The position numbers and the translations under genes are program-made. Below are positions 13,141 to 24,787 of a stretch of DNA of 64,000 nt, piece after piece. The notes below the pieces were generated by a model. The model was given only the letters and a program-made list of their open reading frames with translations. It was not told where the DNA came from and did not search any database. The DNA lies in the NCBI RefSeq assembly GCF_011386835.1, contig NC_088807.1, positions 25,234,001 through 25,298,000 of the forward strand, given 5' to 3'. How positions within the stretch are numbered: the first letter of the stretch is position 1; every line of letters starts with the position of its first letter. The DNA comes from Chrysemys picta bellii (lineage: Eukaryota).

Positions 13141-16100
13141 ACGGTGACATGGACAGAGACGCCAGGACATTTTCAACAGCTGCCTCCGGAGGGCAGCCCT
13201 GAGGTTCCGGCGCTGACCCGTACGAGGGGGCGGGGCCAGCCTCCTCCAATGGGGACGGCTCGGGCTCCTTAGCCAATAGGTTGTTCCTCTTCAAGAAGCA
13301 GGCTTCCTGGTAGGGGGGACGGATGGGGGGCTGGGTGGGGGGCACATAGCTGTATTCCTTCCCTGGGGCCAGCTGCAGCGGGGGCGAGAGAGAGAGAGAG
13401 ATATAGGAGTAGGGGGTGCCAGCATGCCCGCCCCCCCCCCACTGCCGGGATCCCACCCCCATCCCCCCCAGCCTGCGATTCCCCACCCCGCCTGGCCCCC
13501 CCAATTCCGGGATCCCCTCCCGATTCCCCGCCAGGATCCTGCCCCCATCCCTGCAGTCTCACCTGGAGGGGATACGTCCTGTCCGAGTCGTAGGCGCTCA
13601 GATCCCCACAGGCCAAGAACGGGACAATGACTCTGTTGGGACCTTCCAGCTGGTTAAAATCCACATCTGGAAAGGGACAGATGTGAGCAAGAGCCGTCCC
13701 TGCCTGCCAGGGGAGAGCGCCCCCAGCTGAGCCCCGTTCCCCCCGGCACGGTGCCCCCCAGCCCCGCCTGCCAGGGGAGAGCGCCCCCAGCTGAGCCCCG
13801 TTCCCCCCGGCACGGTGCCCCCCAGCCCCGCCTGCCAGGGGAGAGCGCCCCCTGCTGAGCCCCGTTCCCCCCGGCACGGTGCCCCCCAGCCCCGCCTGCC
13901 AGGGGAGAGCGCCCCCTGCTGAGCCCCGTTCCCCCCGGCACGGTGCCCCCCAGCCCCGCCTGCCCGGGGAGAGTGCCCCCTGCTGAGCCCCGTTCCCCCC
14001 GGCACGGTGCCCCCCAGCCCCGCCTGCCAGGGGAGAGCGCCCCCAGCTGAGCCCCGTTCCCCCCGGCACGGTGCCCCCCAGCCCCGCCTGCCAGGGGAGA
14101 GCGCCCCCTGCTGAGCCCCGTTGCCCCCGGCACGGTGCCCCCCAGCCCCGCCTGCCAGGGGAGAGCGCCCCCCGCTGAGCCCCGTTCCCCCCGGCACGGT
14201 GCCCCCCAGCCCCGCCTGCCCGGGGAGAGCGCCCCCTGCTGAGCCCCGTTCCCCCCGGCACCGTGCCCCCCAGCCCCGCCTGCCAGGGGAGAGCGCCCCC
14301 AGCTGAGCCCCGTTCCCCCCGGCACGGTGCCCCCCAGCCCCGCCTGCCCGGGGAGAGCGCCCCCAGCTGAGCCCCGTTCCCCCCGGCACGGTGCCCCCCA
14401 GCCCCGCCTGCCAGGGGAGAGCGCCCCCCGCTGAGCCCCGTTCCCCCCGGCACCGTGCCCCCCAGCCCCGCCTGCCAGGGGAGAGCGCCCCCCGCTGAGC
14501 CCCGTTCCCCCCGGCACGGTGCCCCCCAGCCCCGCCTGCCCGGGGAGAGCGCCCCCCGCTGAGCCCCGTTCCCCCCGGCACCGTGCCCCCCAGCCCCGCC
14601 TGCCAGGGGAGAGCTGAGCCCTGCGCCCCGCAGCACGGTGCCCCCGAGCCCCCACTCTCTGCAGCCCAGCACCTTACCGTAGCAATGGTCCAGCAGGGGG
14701 TTGGACATATTCGGCACGTAGCCCTCGGGCGGGCAGTACCCCCGGCAGACAACGAAGGCCTCTGGAGGCGGGAGAGATGTGGTTAGGGGGGTGCTGCGAG
14801 CCGGGGTGCCTGGAGCGGACGCAAACCCCGTGCGGCAGGCACTGCCCCCCGAGCTGGGTTCCCAGCCCTTCGCCAAGTGGCGGGTGGCAAAGGGCGTCGA
14901 TGTTAAACACCCGCCCAGCAAGAGGGAATCGCTCCAGAGACCAGCCGAGCACTGAGCCAGGGTGTAGCTTTGCCCCGGTGCAGATCCCCTTGGCAAGGGC
15001 CGGGGGCACCGGGCGAGGCTGGCAAGGGGGAGCCCGACAGGAGACGAGACAGAACAGATTTGGGCATCTCAGGTTGATGGGACCCAGTGTAGCCAGGTGA
15101 GGCACAGAATGTGATACCTGTTTGCTTGGCCCCCTAGCGCCCGGCCCTGACTGCCAGGGGAGAGCGCCCCCCGCTGAGCCCCCCGCCTCACAGTGCCCAT
15201 TACTGCCCAGCCCTGCCTGCCAGGGGAGAGCGCCCCCCACTGAGCCCCCCACCCCACGGTGCCCATTACTGCCCAGCCCTGCCTGCCAGGGGAGAGCGCC
15301 CCTCCGCTGAGCCCCCCTCCCCACGGTGCCCATTACTGCCCAGCCCTGACTGCCAGGGGAGAGCGCCCCCCGCTGAGCCCCCCGCCCCACGGTGCCCATT
15401 ACTGCCCAGCCCTGCCTGCCAGGGGAGAGCGCCCCCCGCTGAGCCCCCCGCCCCACGGTGCCCATTACTGCCCAGCCCTGCCTGCCAGGGGAGAGCGCCC
15501 TCCGCTGAGCCCCCCGCCCCACGGTGCCCATTACTGCCCAGCCCTGCCTGCCAGAGGAGAGCGCCCCCCGCTGAGCCCCCCGCCCCACGGTGCCCATTAC
15601 TGCCCAGCCCTGCCTGCCAGAGGAGAGCGCCCCCCGCTGAGCCCCCCGCCCCACGGTGCCCATTACTGCCCAGCCCTGCCTGCCAGGGGAGAGCGCCCCC
15701 CGCTGAGCCCCCCGCCCCACGGTGCCCATTACTGCCCAGCCCTGCCTGCCAGGGGAGAGCGCCCCCCGCTGAGCCCCCCGCCCCACGGTGCCCATTACTG
15801 CCCAGCCCTGCCTGCCAGGGGAGAGCGCCCCCCGCTGAGCCCCCCGCCCCACGGTGCCCATTACTGCCCAGCCCTGACTGCCAGGGGAGAGCGCCCCCCG
15901 CTGAGCCCCCCGCCCCACGGTGCCCATTACTGCCCAGCCCTGCCTGCCAGGGGAGAGCGCCCCCCGCTGAGCCCCGTGCCCCACGGTGCCCATTACTGCC
16001 CAGCCCTGCCTGCCAGGGGAGAGCGCCCCCCGCTGAGCCCCCCGCCCCACGGTGCCCATTACTGCCCAGCCCTGCCTGCCAGGGGAGAGCGCCCCCCGCT

Positions 16101-19100
16101 GAGCCCCCCGCCCCACGGTGCCCATTACTGCCCAGCCCTGCCTGCCAGGGGAGAGCGCCCCCCGCTGAGCCCCCCGCCCCACGGTGCCCATTACTGCCCA
16201 GCCCTGACTGCCAGGGGAGAGCGCCCCCCGCTGAGTCCCCCGCCCCACGGTGCCCATTACTGCCCAGCCCTGCCTGCCAGGGGAGAGCGCCCCCCGCTGA
16301 GCCCCCCGCCCCACAGTGCCCATTACTGCCCAGCCCTGCCTGCCAGGGGAGAGCGCCCCCTGCTGATCACTGATGTGTGGGGCTTCAGGCAAAGTGTGTC
16401 TGTCTCTAATGTTGGGCATGGAGCAAGCAAGCTCCAGGGAGCGTGTGGGGTTGGCACCGAGCCCAGGTGCTGGGCAGTGCTGCCAGCTCTGAGGAGGGGG
16501 TGCTAGATAAAAGGATCTGCGTGTGCCCCCCAACATCAAACAGATCCCTGCCTCTTAACCCGCCCGGAGACAGAACAGCTGGGTCCCTGTGCAGGACCCC
16601 CAGACGGATCTGTCACAGTCCGGACACCCCGGATACCTTCCCAACCCCCAGATCTGCCCCCTTCTGCAACCCCCCTGGGGCGCCCGGTTCTGCCCTCACC
16701 GATGCTGGAGTTTCGGCTGCTCCGGGGTTTGGCGCAGGTGACGTCGGGAAAGAAGATGCGGAGCTGGGAGTAGAGAAGCGTCACGTCCTTCCCCCGGAAG
16801 ATCTAGGGCAGGGAGGTGGGGACAGGGTGACAGGCCAGCAGGGGGCAGTGCAGGGACGGTGCCAACGGCGTCCCCAGTGCCCGGCCCTGACTGCCAGGGG
16901 AGAGCACCCCTGCCCAGCCCCCCACCAGTATGTTGCCCCCTGGCATCACACCCTTAACTCCCTCAGTTACAACTCCAATTGTCCAGAGACATGTCTACAG
17001 CTAGAGGTTGCTGCTCCCCAGCCGCCCCACCCCAGAGGTGGCTGCATCTCAGCCCCAGGTGAGCCACCCCCTTGTGGCTGTTACCCCTTCAGCTAGGACC
17101 CCGGGGCTTCTTAGAGGGCCTAATATTTACCTTGGCCACGAAGGTGCCTCCTTTATTCAGCACGTGGGTCGTGATGTTCAGAGCCTGGAATGAGAAGGAG
17201 AAATTATCAACAAATGCCAAAATCCTTAATAAAAAAGGGAAAACTCTCTTGGCACTGAGATGCAGCCACCTCTGGGGTGGGGCAGCTGGGGAACAGCCAC
17301 ACATTACGCCGCATGGGGATGGCTCACCCGGCGCTGAGATGCAGCCACCTCTGGGGTGGGGCAGCTGGGGAACAGCCACACATAACGCCGCATGGGGACG
17401 GCTCACCCGGCGCTGAGATGCAGCCACCTCTGGGTCGGGGAAGCTCGGGAACAGCCATTTGGGACAGGTAGCGATTGAAACTGTGGAGGAGGATTGGGGA
17501 ATGGAATCACCTGACAGGGGGTGCCGTGCTGCGGGGAACGGGGCTCGGCAGGGGGCGCCCCCTTGCGGCCGGGCGGGGTACTCACCGCTAGCAGCAGCTG
17601 CGCCTGGATGTATTCGTCGATATCGTGAAGGCCGGTCACTGCAAGTCAGGAGGGGAGAGGGGGCTCAGTGGGGCCCAGTCCTATCCCACACGGCGCCCTC
17701 GAGGGGGCGCCAGCGAGGGGCCTCCAGCCCCCCTCCCGCCTGGAGGCGCTGCTCCCACTCACCGTCGGGGGCCCCGTCACAGACCACCAGGTCGGCCGGC
17801 TGCCCTTCAAAGTGCTGGATGATCTCCTGCGCGGTGGAGACCTGGCGGGGGACAGACGGGCCGGGTTACGGGTCGAGACGGACGGACTCGGATCGGGGGG
17901 AGGGGGCCCCCACATACCTTGGTGATGTCCCCCTGGATCTGGACAACCCCCGGGAGCGGAGCCATGGCCTGGAGATCGACTGCGACGATCTTCACGGCGT
18001 CAGGGCCCTCCCCAGCACCGCCCCTGGGGCAGATATGGGAGGGGGTGAGAGACAGCCTGGGGGGGGCCTTCCCCCTCCCACCCGCTGCTACAGCCCAGTC
18101 CCACCCCCTCTCCCCTCCCACCTCCCCCCGCCCCTTCTGCCCCACCCCACTCCCTCCTGCCCCATCTCCCCCCACCCCATCCCACCCCCTTCTGCCCCAC
18201 CCCACTCCCTCCTGCCCCATCTCCCCTCACCCCGTCCCACCCCCTTCTTCTCTACTGCCTCCTCTGCCCCTTCCAGCCCCCGTCCTATCCCTCCACACCA
18301 CTGCGCCCCTCCCCACCCTGCCTTTACCCTTCCAATCCCCCAGTCCCACCCCCGTCCCATTCCCCCATCTACCCCCTATCACCCCCTGCTACCCTGCCCC
18401 ACCCCCTGCCACCCATCCTCCCTTCACCTCCAGCCCCTCCTTCCCCCCCCAACACACACACTCACTTCAGCTTTCTGCTCAGAACCTGGCTCCAGCTGCC
18501 TGGGGCAGCACAGAGATCCACCGCCCGGCGCACCCCTGCAGGGAGAGAATGGGGGGGGGGGCTGGGAGCCGGGACGCCTGGGTTCTCCCCCCGGCTCTGG
18601 GAGGGCAGTGGGGGCTGGTGGGTTAGAGCAGGGGGCTGGGAGCCGGGACGCCTGGGTTCTCCCCCCGGCTCTGGGAGGGGAGTGGGGTCTGGTGGGTTAG
18701 AGCAGGGGGGGGGGGGCTGGGAGCCGGGACGCCTGGGTTCTCCCCCCGGCTCTGGGAGGGGAGTGGGGTCTGGTGGGTTAGAGCAGGGGGGCTGGGAGCC
18801 AGGACGCCTGGGTTCTCCCCCCAGCTCTGGGAGGGGAGTGGCGTCTGGTGGGTTAGAGCAGGGGGGGCTGGGAGCCAGGACTCCTGGGTTCTCCCCCCAG
18901 CTCTGGGAGGGGAGTGGGGTCTGGTGGGTTAGAGCAGGGGGGGCTGGGAGCCAGGACGCCTGGGTTCTCTCCCAAGAGACTGGGCAGCACAATGGGACCC
19001 CAATCTCCCACGGGCTTTGTGCAGCACCCGGTACAACAGATGGGGGCTACCGTAATACACCTAATAGAAGGAGCTGCGGGCGGGGGCTGGGGCCGGTTCC

Positions 19101-19229
19101 CGGTTTACCCTCAAACAGCTGGAACTCCTCGTCCAGCTGCAGGAGTTTGAAGGCGCTGCGGGCCCGCCAGCCCTCCTCCTTCGCCAGGCGGTAGTAGATG
19201 TCCCGCTTGTCCTTCGACGAGCGCCCCAT
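13139..19229 (-). CDS. FTSJ1: tRNA (cytidine(32)/guanosine(34)-2'-O)-methyltransferase, 335 aa
   Basis: Ten coding exons in phase: 19229-19109 ([36 protein letters not shown]), 18535-18466 ([14 protein letters not shown]), 18023-17918 ([24 protein letters not shown]), 17841-17763 ([11 protein letters not shown]), 17638-17586, 17184-17131, 16802-16700 ([11 protein letters not shown]), 14761-14678, 13666-13563, 13372-13139. Non-coding exon 1 ends at donor 23028. Confidence 0.98.
13700..14620 (-). repeat. 64-bp minisatellite, ~14 units, in an FTSJ1 intron
   Basis: Unit GGGGAGAGCGCCCCC(T/C/A)GCTGAGCCCCGTTCCCCCCGGCAC(G/C)GTGCCCCCCAGCCCCGCCTGCC(A/C); minus strand reads TCAGC(A/G/T)GGGGGCGCT. Confidence 0.96.
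15140..16365 (-). repeat. 66-bp minisatellite, ~19 units, in an FTSJ1 intron
   Basis: Unit GGGGAGAGCGCCCCCCGCTGAGCCCCCCGCCCCACGGTGCCCATTACTGCCCAGCCCTGCCTGCCA, highly homogeneous. Confidence 0.96.
17255..17455. repeat. Dispersed repeat with core CTGAGATGCAGCCACCTCTGGG (3 tandem copies here)
   Basis: The same core occurs in either orientation at ~5750-5830, 17020-17060, 26870-26970, 29480-29590, 55760-55940 and 58400. Confidence 0.8.
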
Positions 19230-19358
19230 TTCGGCTCTGACCCCCCGGGCCTGGAGGGCAAAGGATGAGGGCCAGTTACCCACCCTTCCCAGCTTGGCAC
19301 CCGGGTCATTCTTAACTAAAAGACTTTTGTGTTGTTAAGACGGAATTGGCTGAGACAC

Positions 19359-19560
19359 ATTACTGTAGGCCCTACAATAATAGGTCTGTGGGCACTGGAG
19401 CCAAATTAATTACGGATCTATTACTGTAGGCCCTACATTAATAGATATATTAACACAGGTTCTAAATGAACATGGACATATTACTGTAGGTCCTACACTA
19501 ACAGGTATAATGGCCCTGGACCTAAATGAACGTAGATATATTATCGGAGGCCCTTTCAAA
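19359..19560. repeat. ~60-bp-period array with palindromic core TGTAGGNCCTACA
   Basis: Cores at 19364, 19425, 19485 and a degenerate copy at ~19545. Confidence 0.8.
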
Positions 19561-19809
19561 ATAGTTTTAATGGCCCAGGACTCAAATGTCTGTATCCGAA
19601 GTTGGGAATATGGACTCTGTATCTGTATTTCAACTCTGCTGGTTTGGGTGACGCCCCCTGCTCACACTTCAGGTACACGGACGGAAAAGCCGGACAGGCG
19701 GATGGCCCGTCAGCGAGGACAACGGACTGTGAAAAGCTCCTCGGTACTGCCCCTGCCTCACGAACGCCGTGATCCTATCACCTGATACTAAACCATTCCC
19801 TGGGACGTC

Positions 19810-20051
19810 TTGTAATTTCCACCGTAAGCAACGGGGGGTCACACTAGGGAAACAAAGTCAGTTCTCCCCGGCTACCCCACCCAAGATGACTACAGGGGGA
19901 AAGACCTGGGCCCAGCCTGTGGGTGTGTGAGAGGAGGTTTGAAGAGTCTGGCTCAGCAAGACAGGTAAAAGGGGGCCAGGCTGGCAGAACAGGTAGACTC
20001 AGTGGTGTCCCCGCACACTGGGTGACATCCCAGGGGGTCCAACCCGTCACA
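19810..20051 (+). mobile_element. Possible decayed solo-LTR fragment
   Basis: Ends in GGGGGTCCAACCCGTCACA, resembling turtle LTR termini as I recall them. No target duplication found. Confidence 0.3.
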
Positions 20052-20221
20052 AACCCAAGGAGGAGTATTTCTAACCAAGAAAAACCTGGCTGAAGTTTTG
20101 ACTAGTTGAAAAAGGGAAACTGAGGTAGGCTGCTTGTAGCGTGACCCTCGGACACCAGAGGCACCTACCTTAATAGGTACAGTGGCAGTGGACCAAATTT
20201 CTGTAGGCCCTACAATAATGG

Positions 20222-20779
20222 GAGGCTTGGCAGAAATAGTCTTCTTAGTATAATTTCAATGGATAATATCGACATCTATTTTTAAGCGCTTTTTTCTGGT
20301 TTCATCCATTTTAATATTCACAGGTTCCCAAAATGATGGTCTTCACGCATTTTATTTTTATCAATTTAGACTTTTGCAGTTGCAGGAAATCATGGGCCGG
20401 GTGAGACAATTGCTTAATGCCGGGAGATGCCGAGATTCCAAAAGTTAAAACTTTATACTTGTTACAAGTTGTCAACAGGTCAGAACATACAAATGCCAGC
20501 CGCATTGTCACCAGTCTGTTTCGCAGTTGGTGACCAACTCGTTTGCAATAAGTTTAACAACATACTTCTGGCCCGTGTATATTTTGTCGAAATCAGGGAG
20601 GAGCAATTCTTCCTCGGCTATCCAGCATATAAAGTCAATATCCTGAATCAGGTCTCAAGCAGGATTTCTCTTACTTTGCCTAGCCGGGAATTTAGACTAT
20701 TATCGCTGGAAATATTTTTCCGTCGATGTGGGTGGTGAAATCGACATTTACCGACAAAAATCAAAACGCTGCAATCCTA
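20222..20779. mobile_element. Possible non-autonomous hAT-type DNA transposon
   Basis: Imperfect termini GAGGCTTGGCAG...CTGCAATCCTA, flanked by AATAATGG / AATAACAG (degraded 8-bp TSD?), with an AT-rich interior. Confidence 0.35.
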
Positions 20780-20879
20780 AATAACAGGCGTACTGACAAA
20801 GAAGCCGGGTCGATGTGGATCTGTTATAGTAGGCCCTACTTTAAATGATTCATTGATACAAGCCTCAAATTAAGTCGTC

Positions 20880-22340
20880 TTCCTTATCTAAACAGACTTC
20901 GCTGTATGAGTCCTCTCCCTCCAGACTGCTCCGTTCAATTCGTATCTTCTATCAGGCTATTACTTCTTCTTGGGTTGGCCTCTCTGGCTTTTTCCATCAG
21001 TCTTGATCTTCTGGACTCTCTTACCCACATAATTGTCCAGCCTGCGCTTTTGTGACCAATTGTTTCCTTTATGGGGGTTACTTTGAGTATGTCTCCGACA
21101 TACACATCCCTCGCATGGGCCTTCTTGTTTCCGCCACTCATCCACCTCAATGTGCGCGTTTCTGCAGAACCGATACTTTCCTCGCGTTTCTTTGTTGCGC
21201 GGTGCATTAACACGGGACGGAGCACCGTTTTCTACACTTGCCCTTTTAATTTTATCAGTATCTTCCTGATACGTACCGCACCACTTCTCTCCGTCTGAGC
21301 CAGGTATTTATTATTCTAGCTCTAATTTAGTCCTCTATTTCCCCATTTTCCCGGATTCTGGAACTCAAGATACTTGAAACTTTACATTTTCGGTACTGCC
21401 TGCCCATCTAGCTTCAAGGCTAATTCTTGCGCGTCCACACTATTGAAATCACATGTTTATTTTGAGCCCATGATTCTCCAGTATGTCTCTCCAGATAGTC
21501 ATCAAGATCCTCTTCTAGACTATCTTTAGGCATGGAAGGAATAGAGTTTTCTTTAAACAGTAAATCTTAGTAAACATCGATTTTACCAGACACCCACCAA
21601 CGGACGAAAAAATATTTCCATCGATAATAAGCAAAATTTACAGATAAGCAAAGTAAGAAAAATGCGGCTTAGAGACTGTCCTTAAATAATAGTTGTAAAT
21701 GTATTGTATAACCCAGGCCACAAAACTTCCCCGAAATAATTCCTAGAGTCGATCTTTTAGAAAAACAGCCAATCTTGATGTGAGGGCATTCAGGACGAAA
21801 TTGAACAAGAAAGGGATCGGTGCTTTTTGAAGTGGGAGGGCTCTCCCAGCCTTTCTGCATTTGTTCAAAATCCTGTATGGGACTGCCCACCAGTTTCATC
21901 TTTGATGAACCTGAACCTCACTTTCTATATATTTTTGGTGCTTGTCCTGTCCTTTTGCCCGTTGATACGCTTCTTTTTCCCCTTCCTGTGTTCCAAGTCG
22001 TGCATAAAGTTCCTCACCGTCCTTTGCTTTTGCAACTACATTCTTGTATGCCTCCTCCTACTCTTTCGACAGATTTAAACTTTTCCCCGTTATCTTTTAA
22101 CCCTTCTTGTACTTCCTCACCCCACCGCCAAGTTTCTTTGGGAGTGAAGCTTTCCCTTTTGATTCACCCACCACTTGTCACTATAAAATCCCCCGATTTA
22201 TCCACTTCTTCCACACGTGGTGCCGACCTCTCCTCTCCATAACCACACCCTAAAGGCCTTTTCAGCTTCACCCTGTCGTTTTTGCCACCTTATCTGTGGT
22301 GTTATCCTCTTTGCTTTTCTCTATACCTTTGTCCTAAGAA
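20880..22340 (-). mobile_element. Decayed RTE-clade LINE fragment (RT and C-terminal region)
   Basis: Frameshifted minus-strand translation gives VLRPVLM...AETRTLRWMSG and YVGKRVQKIKTDGKSQRGQPKKK (cf. RTE VVRPAMLY...AEMRMLRWMCG...YVGKRVMEM.V.GKR.RGRPK), a KFQVS/FKYLG-like segment near 21370, and PTSKSTDP near 21830. Confidence 0.75.
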
Positions 22341-22449
22341 ACGTATCCAAGGTGAGGGGTCTCTGTTGACTGGTACTGCTCCCTCCCGCAATCACCTTGC
22401 AATTCCTTTCATATCATTTATTTTCCGGATCCAAATTAAGTAGCAGCAT

Positions 22450-22860
22450 ATTATTCTAGGCCCTGCGTTAATGAAATAGGTTGACACAGGTTCTGCATTA
22501 AGGATACATGATTGTCGGCCCTCCGTGAATATGTATATTGTCACTGGAGCTAAATTAATTACATATGTGTGATTGTAGGCCCTGCGTTAATTGGTAGATT
22601 GATCGAGTCCTGGTGAATTATGGATATGTTATTGTAGGTCCTACAACAAGTCAGTTGTGTTGTCCCAAGGTGCTGAATCCATCTCCACCAGGAATAAACC
22701 AAATATTACTGTAGGACCTACATAAATAGCCACATATTATTGTACCCCCCAAATGAATACGTATATATTATTGTAGGGCCTACAATAATACATCACTGGC
22801 AAACACCTTCACACCCAGCCCCATCCAACTTGATCTGTTATTGTAGGACCCACCTTAATT
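22450..22860. repeat. Second ~60-bp-period array with palindromic core TGTAGGNCCTACA
   Basis: Cores at ~22455, 22513 and 22574 (degenerate), and 22633, 22710, 22772 and 22842. Confidence 0.75.
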
Positions 22861-23340
22861 GGGCTCGCCTCTGCGCATGCGCCCTGAGGCCCAACGTTCG
22901 GGCACCGCACAGGATGAAGCGACGGCGCACGCGCAGCACGGGCACGTGCCTGCGGCGGTTGGAACGTGCTCCCCCCCTCCCCGCGGCGGCGCAGGCGCAC
23001 AACCTTCCTTGCCCGACCGCTGCTTACCGCGCCGGACGCGACCGAACCCGCCCGGAGAGACGGCGCCGAACCGGAAGTGGTTCTTTCCCAAGCCGGAAGC
23101 GGAAGCTAGGGCGGCGCCGGCGTTGGGGGGAAGGAGTCGGGCCGGGGGGGGGCAGGAGCTGCGGACTGTGGGGAACAGAGCTGGGCTGACGGCGGCGGGT
23201 TTTCTTCAGTGCGCCTGCGCAGAGACCGGCCCGCTTTCACTGCGCCTGCGCAGCAAGCCTGAGCGCGTGAGGTTTTCCCCTATTGCGCACGCGGGGGGGT
23301 GAGAACTCATTCGATCGGCGCATGCGCATTGCAGGACAGC
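22860..23340 (-). promoter_or_regulatory. FTSJ1 CpG-island promoter and non-coding exon 1
   Basis: CpG-dense. Donor GTAAGC on minus after 23028; ETS sites CCGGAAGT (23071-23078) and CCGGAAGCGGAAG (23093-23105); NRF1-type TGCGCATGCGC (22872-22882) and TGCGCCTGCGC copies. Confidence 0.8.
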
Positions 23341-23367
23341 AGTGAGGGAAAGTCTTATTGCAGCACT

Positions 23368-23720
23368 GCATTGTGGGAATTGTAGTCTCCATGGGTCATG
23401 TGACCTAGGGCCCTGCATATGCAAGGCATTGCAGTACCCTGGGCTCCTGGAGCAGCAGTGCATGCTGGGATAGACACAGTCGTGCTTCGGGAGACCCCCC
23501 CCCTCCCAGCAAGGGCAATGCATGCTGGGATTTGTAGTTCCCTGGGGTGAGGGGGGCACGATGCGGCGCAGTGCATACTGGGATGTGTGGTTCCCTGGGG
23601 AGGATCAGGTGCAGTGCATGCTGGGATGTGTGGTTCCTTGGGGAGCCAATTGCAGGAATTTATAGCAAGTTGGGGGGGGGGGGAATCAGGAACGGTGCAT
23701 GCTGGGAGTTCTAGCCCAAC
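23368..23720. promoter_or_regulatory. Cluster of ZNF143/THAP11 (SBS/ACTACA) motifs plus a MiT/TFE M-box
   Basis: GCATTGTGGGAATTGTAGT (23368-23386), GCATGCTGGGATTTGTAGT (23520-23538) and ~4 degenerate TGCATRCTGGGA copies; GTCATGTGAC at 23395-23404. Confidence 0.65.
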
Positions 23721-24169
23721 ACCCCCTCTCCGCCCCCCGCAAAAAAATGAGGTCGGCTTAAAGAGCTCATGCGATTTATTTAAAAGAGAACGAACATGGG
23801 GGCGGCTCCCCCTTTGCCTGCTGCTCTTTGAGGCCGGGGGGGGGGGCTGGTTTTGGGGGCCACGGCGTCCTCCCGTCTCCGTGGGGGTGAGAAGGGTAGA
23901 ACCGGGACCCCAGCTCTCCGGAGGGAGTCCGCCCCAACCCAGCCCCGATTACCCTCCTCCTGGGAGACACGGCACCCACCTTTAGCCGGCTCATAAGTGA
24001 AGTGGGGAAGGGGAGCCCAGGGCTGGGCTAGCAGGGGCTGTGGGTCGGGAGTGTGGGGCACTGGCAGAGCTGGGGGGGGGCAGGGCTGGGCTAGCAGGGG
24101 CTGCGGGTCGGGAGTGTGGGGCACCGTTAGAGCCGGGGACGGCACCCATGGGGTTAATACCCTTTCCCC

Positions 24170-24715
24170 TTGTGACATCTGAGTCCATTTGATGACATCA
24201 CAGCAGAGGAGGCGGAGCTCTGGCAGCCACACCCACGCATTCAATGACATCACTGCATAGAGGTGTGGTGTGGTGCATGTGATGTCACAATTAATGAGGC
24301 GTGGCTTCCTGTAGGACCCGCCCCTTGCTGGGGCTATTTGATGGTGTCACTCTGCCTAGACACCTTTGATGACATCACAGTAGATAGGGTGTGACTTGTT
24401 CCACACAGTGATGTCACCAATAGGGTGTGGCTTTTTCCACTCAGTGATGTCACCACCAATGGGGTGTGGCTTTATCACCCAGGGACATCACCACCAATGG
24501 GGGCGTGGCTTACCACCTCTGATGAGGCCCCAGTAAGATGAGTGGGGCTTCTTGCATGGTGAGGACGTCCCCGGTGAGCATCCAATGGCTCTCGTCCTAT
24601 TAGATGACATCATAAGTGGAGGTGTGGCTTGGGCCACTGGGTGACATCACGCTGCACGGGGCGTGGCTCGGTCCATCCAATGACATCACCGGCTGGGTTG
24701 GATGGGGCGGGGCTC
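24170..24715. promoter_or_regulatory. Multimerised TGACATCA / CCAAT / GC-GT-box module
   Basis: Nine exact TGACATCA or TGATGTCA, five CCAAT and at least six GGGYGTGGC/GGGCGGGG-type boxes within ~550 bp. Confidence 0.55.
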
Positions 24716-24787
24716 AGCCCGTAGAGAGCCAGGAATGGGGTGGGATTGTGAGGGGCTGGGGTTGGGGGGTGAGCTCCAGCCCCTGGG

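Noticed and set aside
13269-16539. Very long ORFs (575, 621, 415, 384 aa) in the track
   Set aside because: They are translations of the 64- and 66-bp minisatellites in FTSJ1 introns, open in several frames on both strands; only short parts coincide with real FTSJ1 exons.
19359-19560. CRISPR-like look: palindromic ~25-bp repeats with ~35-bp spacers
   Set aside because: The context is a vertebrate intron with no cas genes, and the spacers are related to one another (CTGGA.C.AAAT.AA). It is a diverged tandem array, reported as a finding instead.
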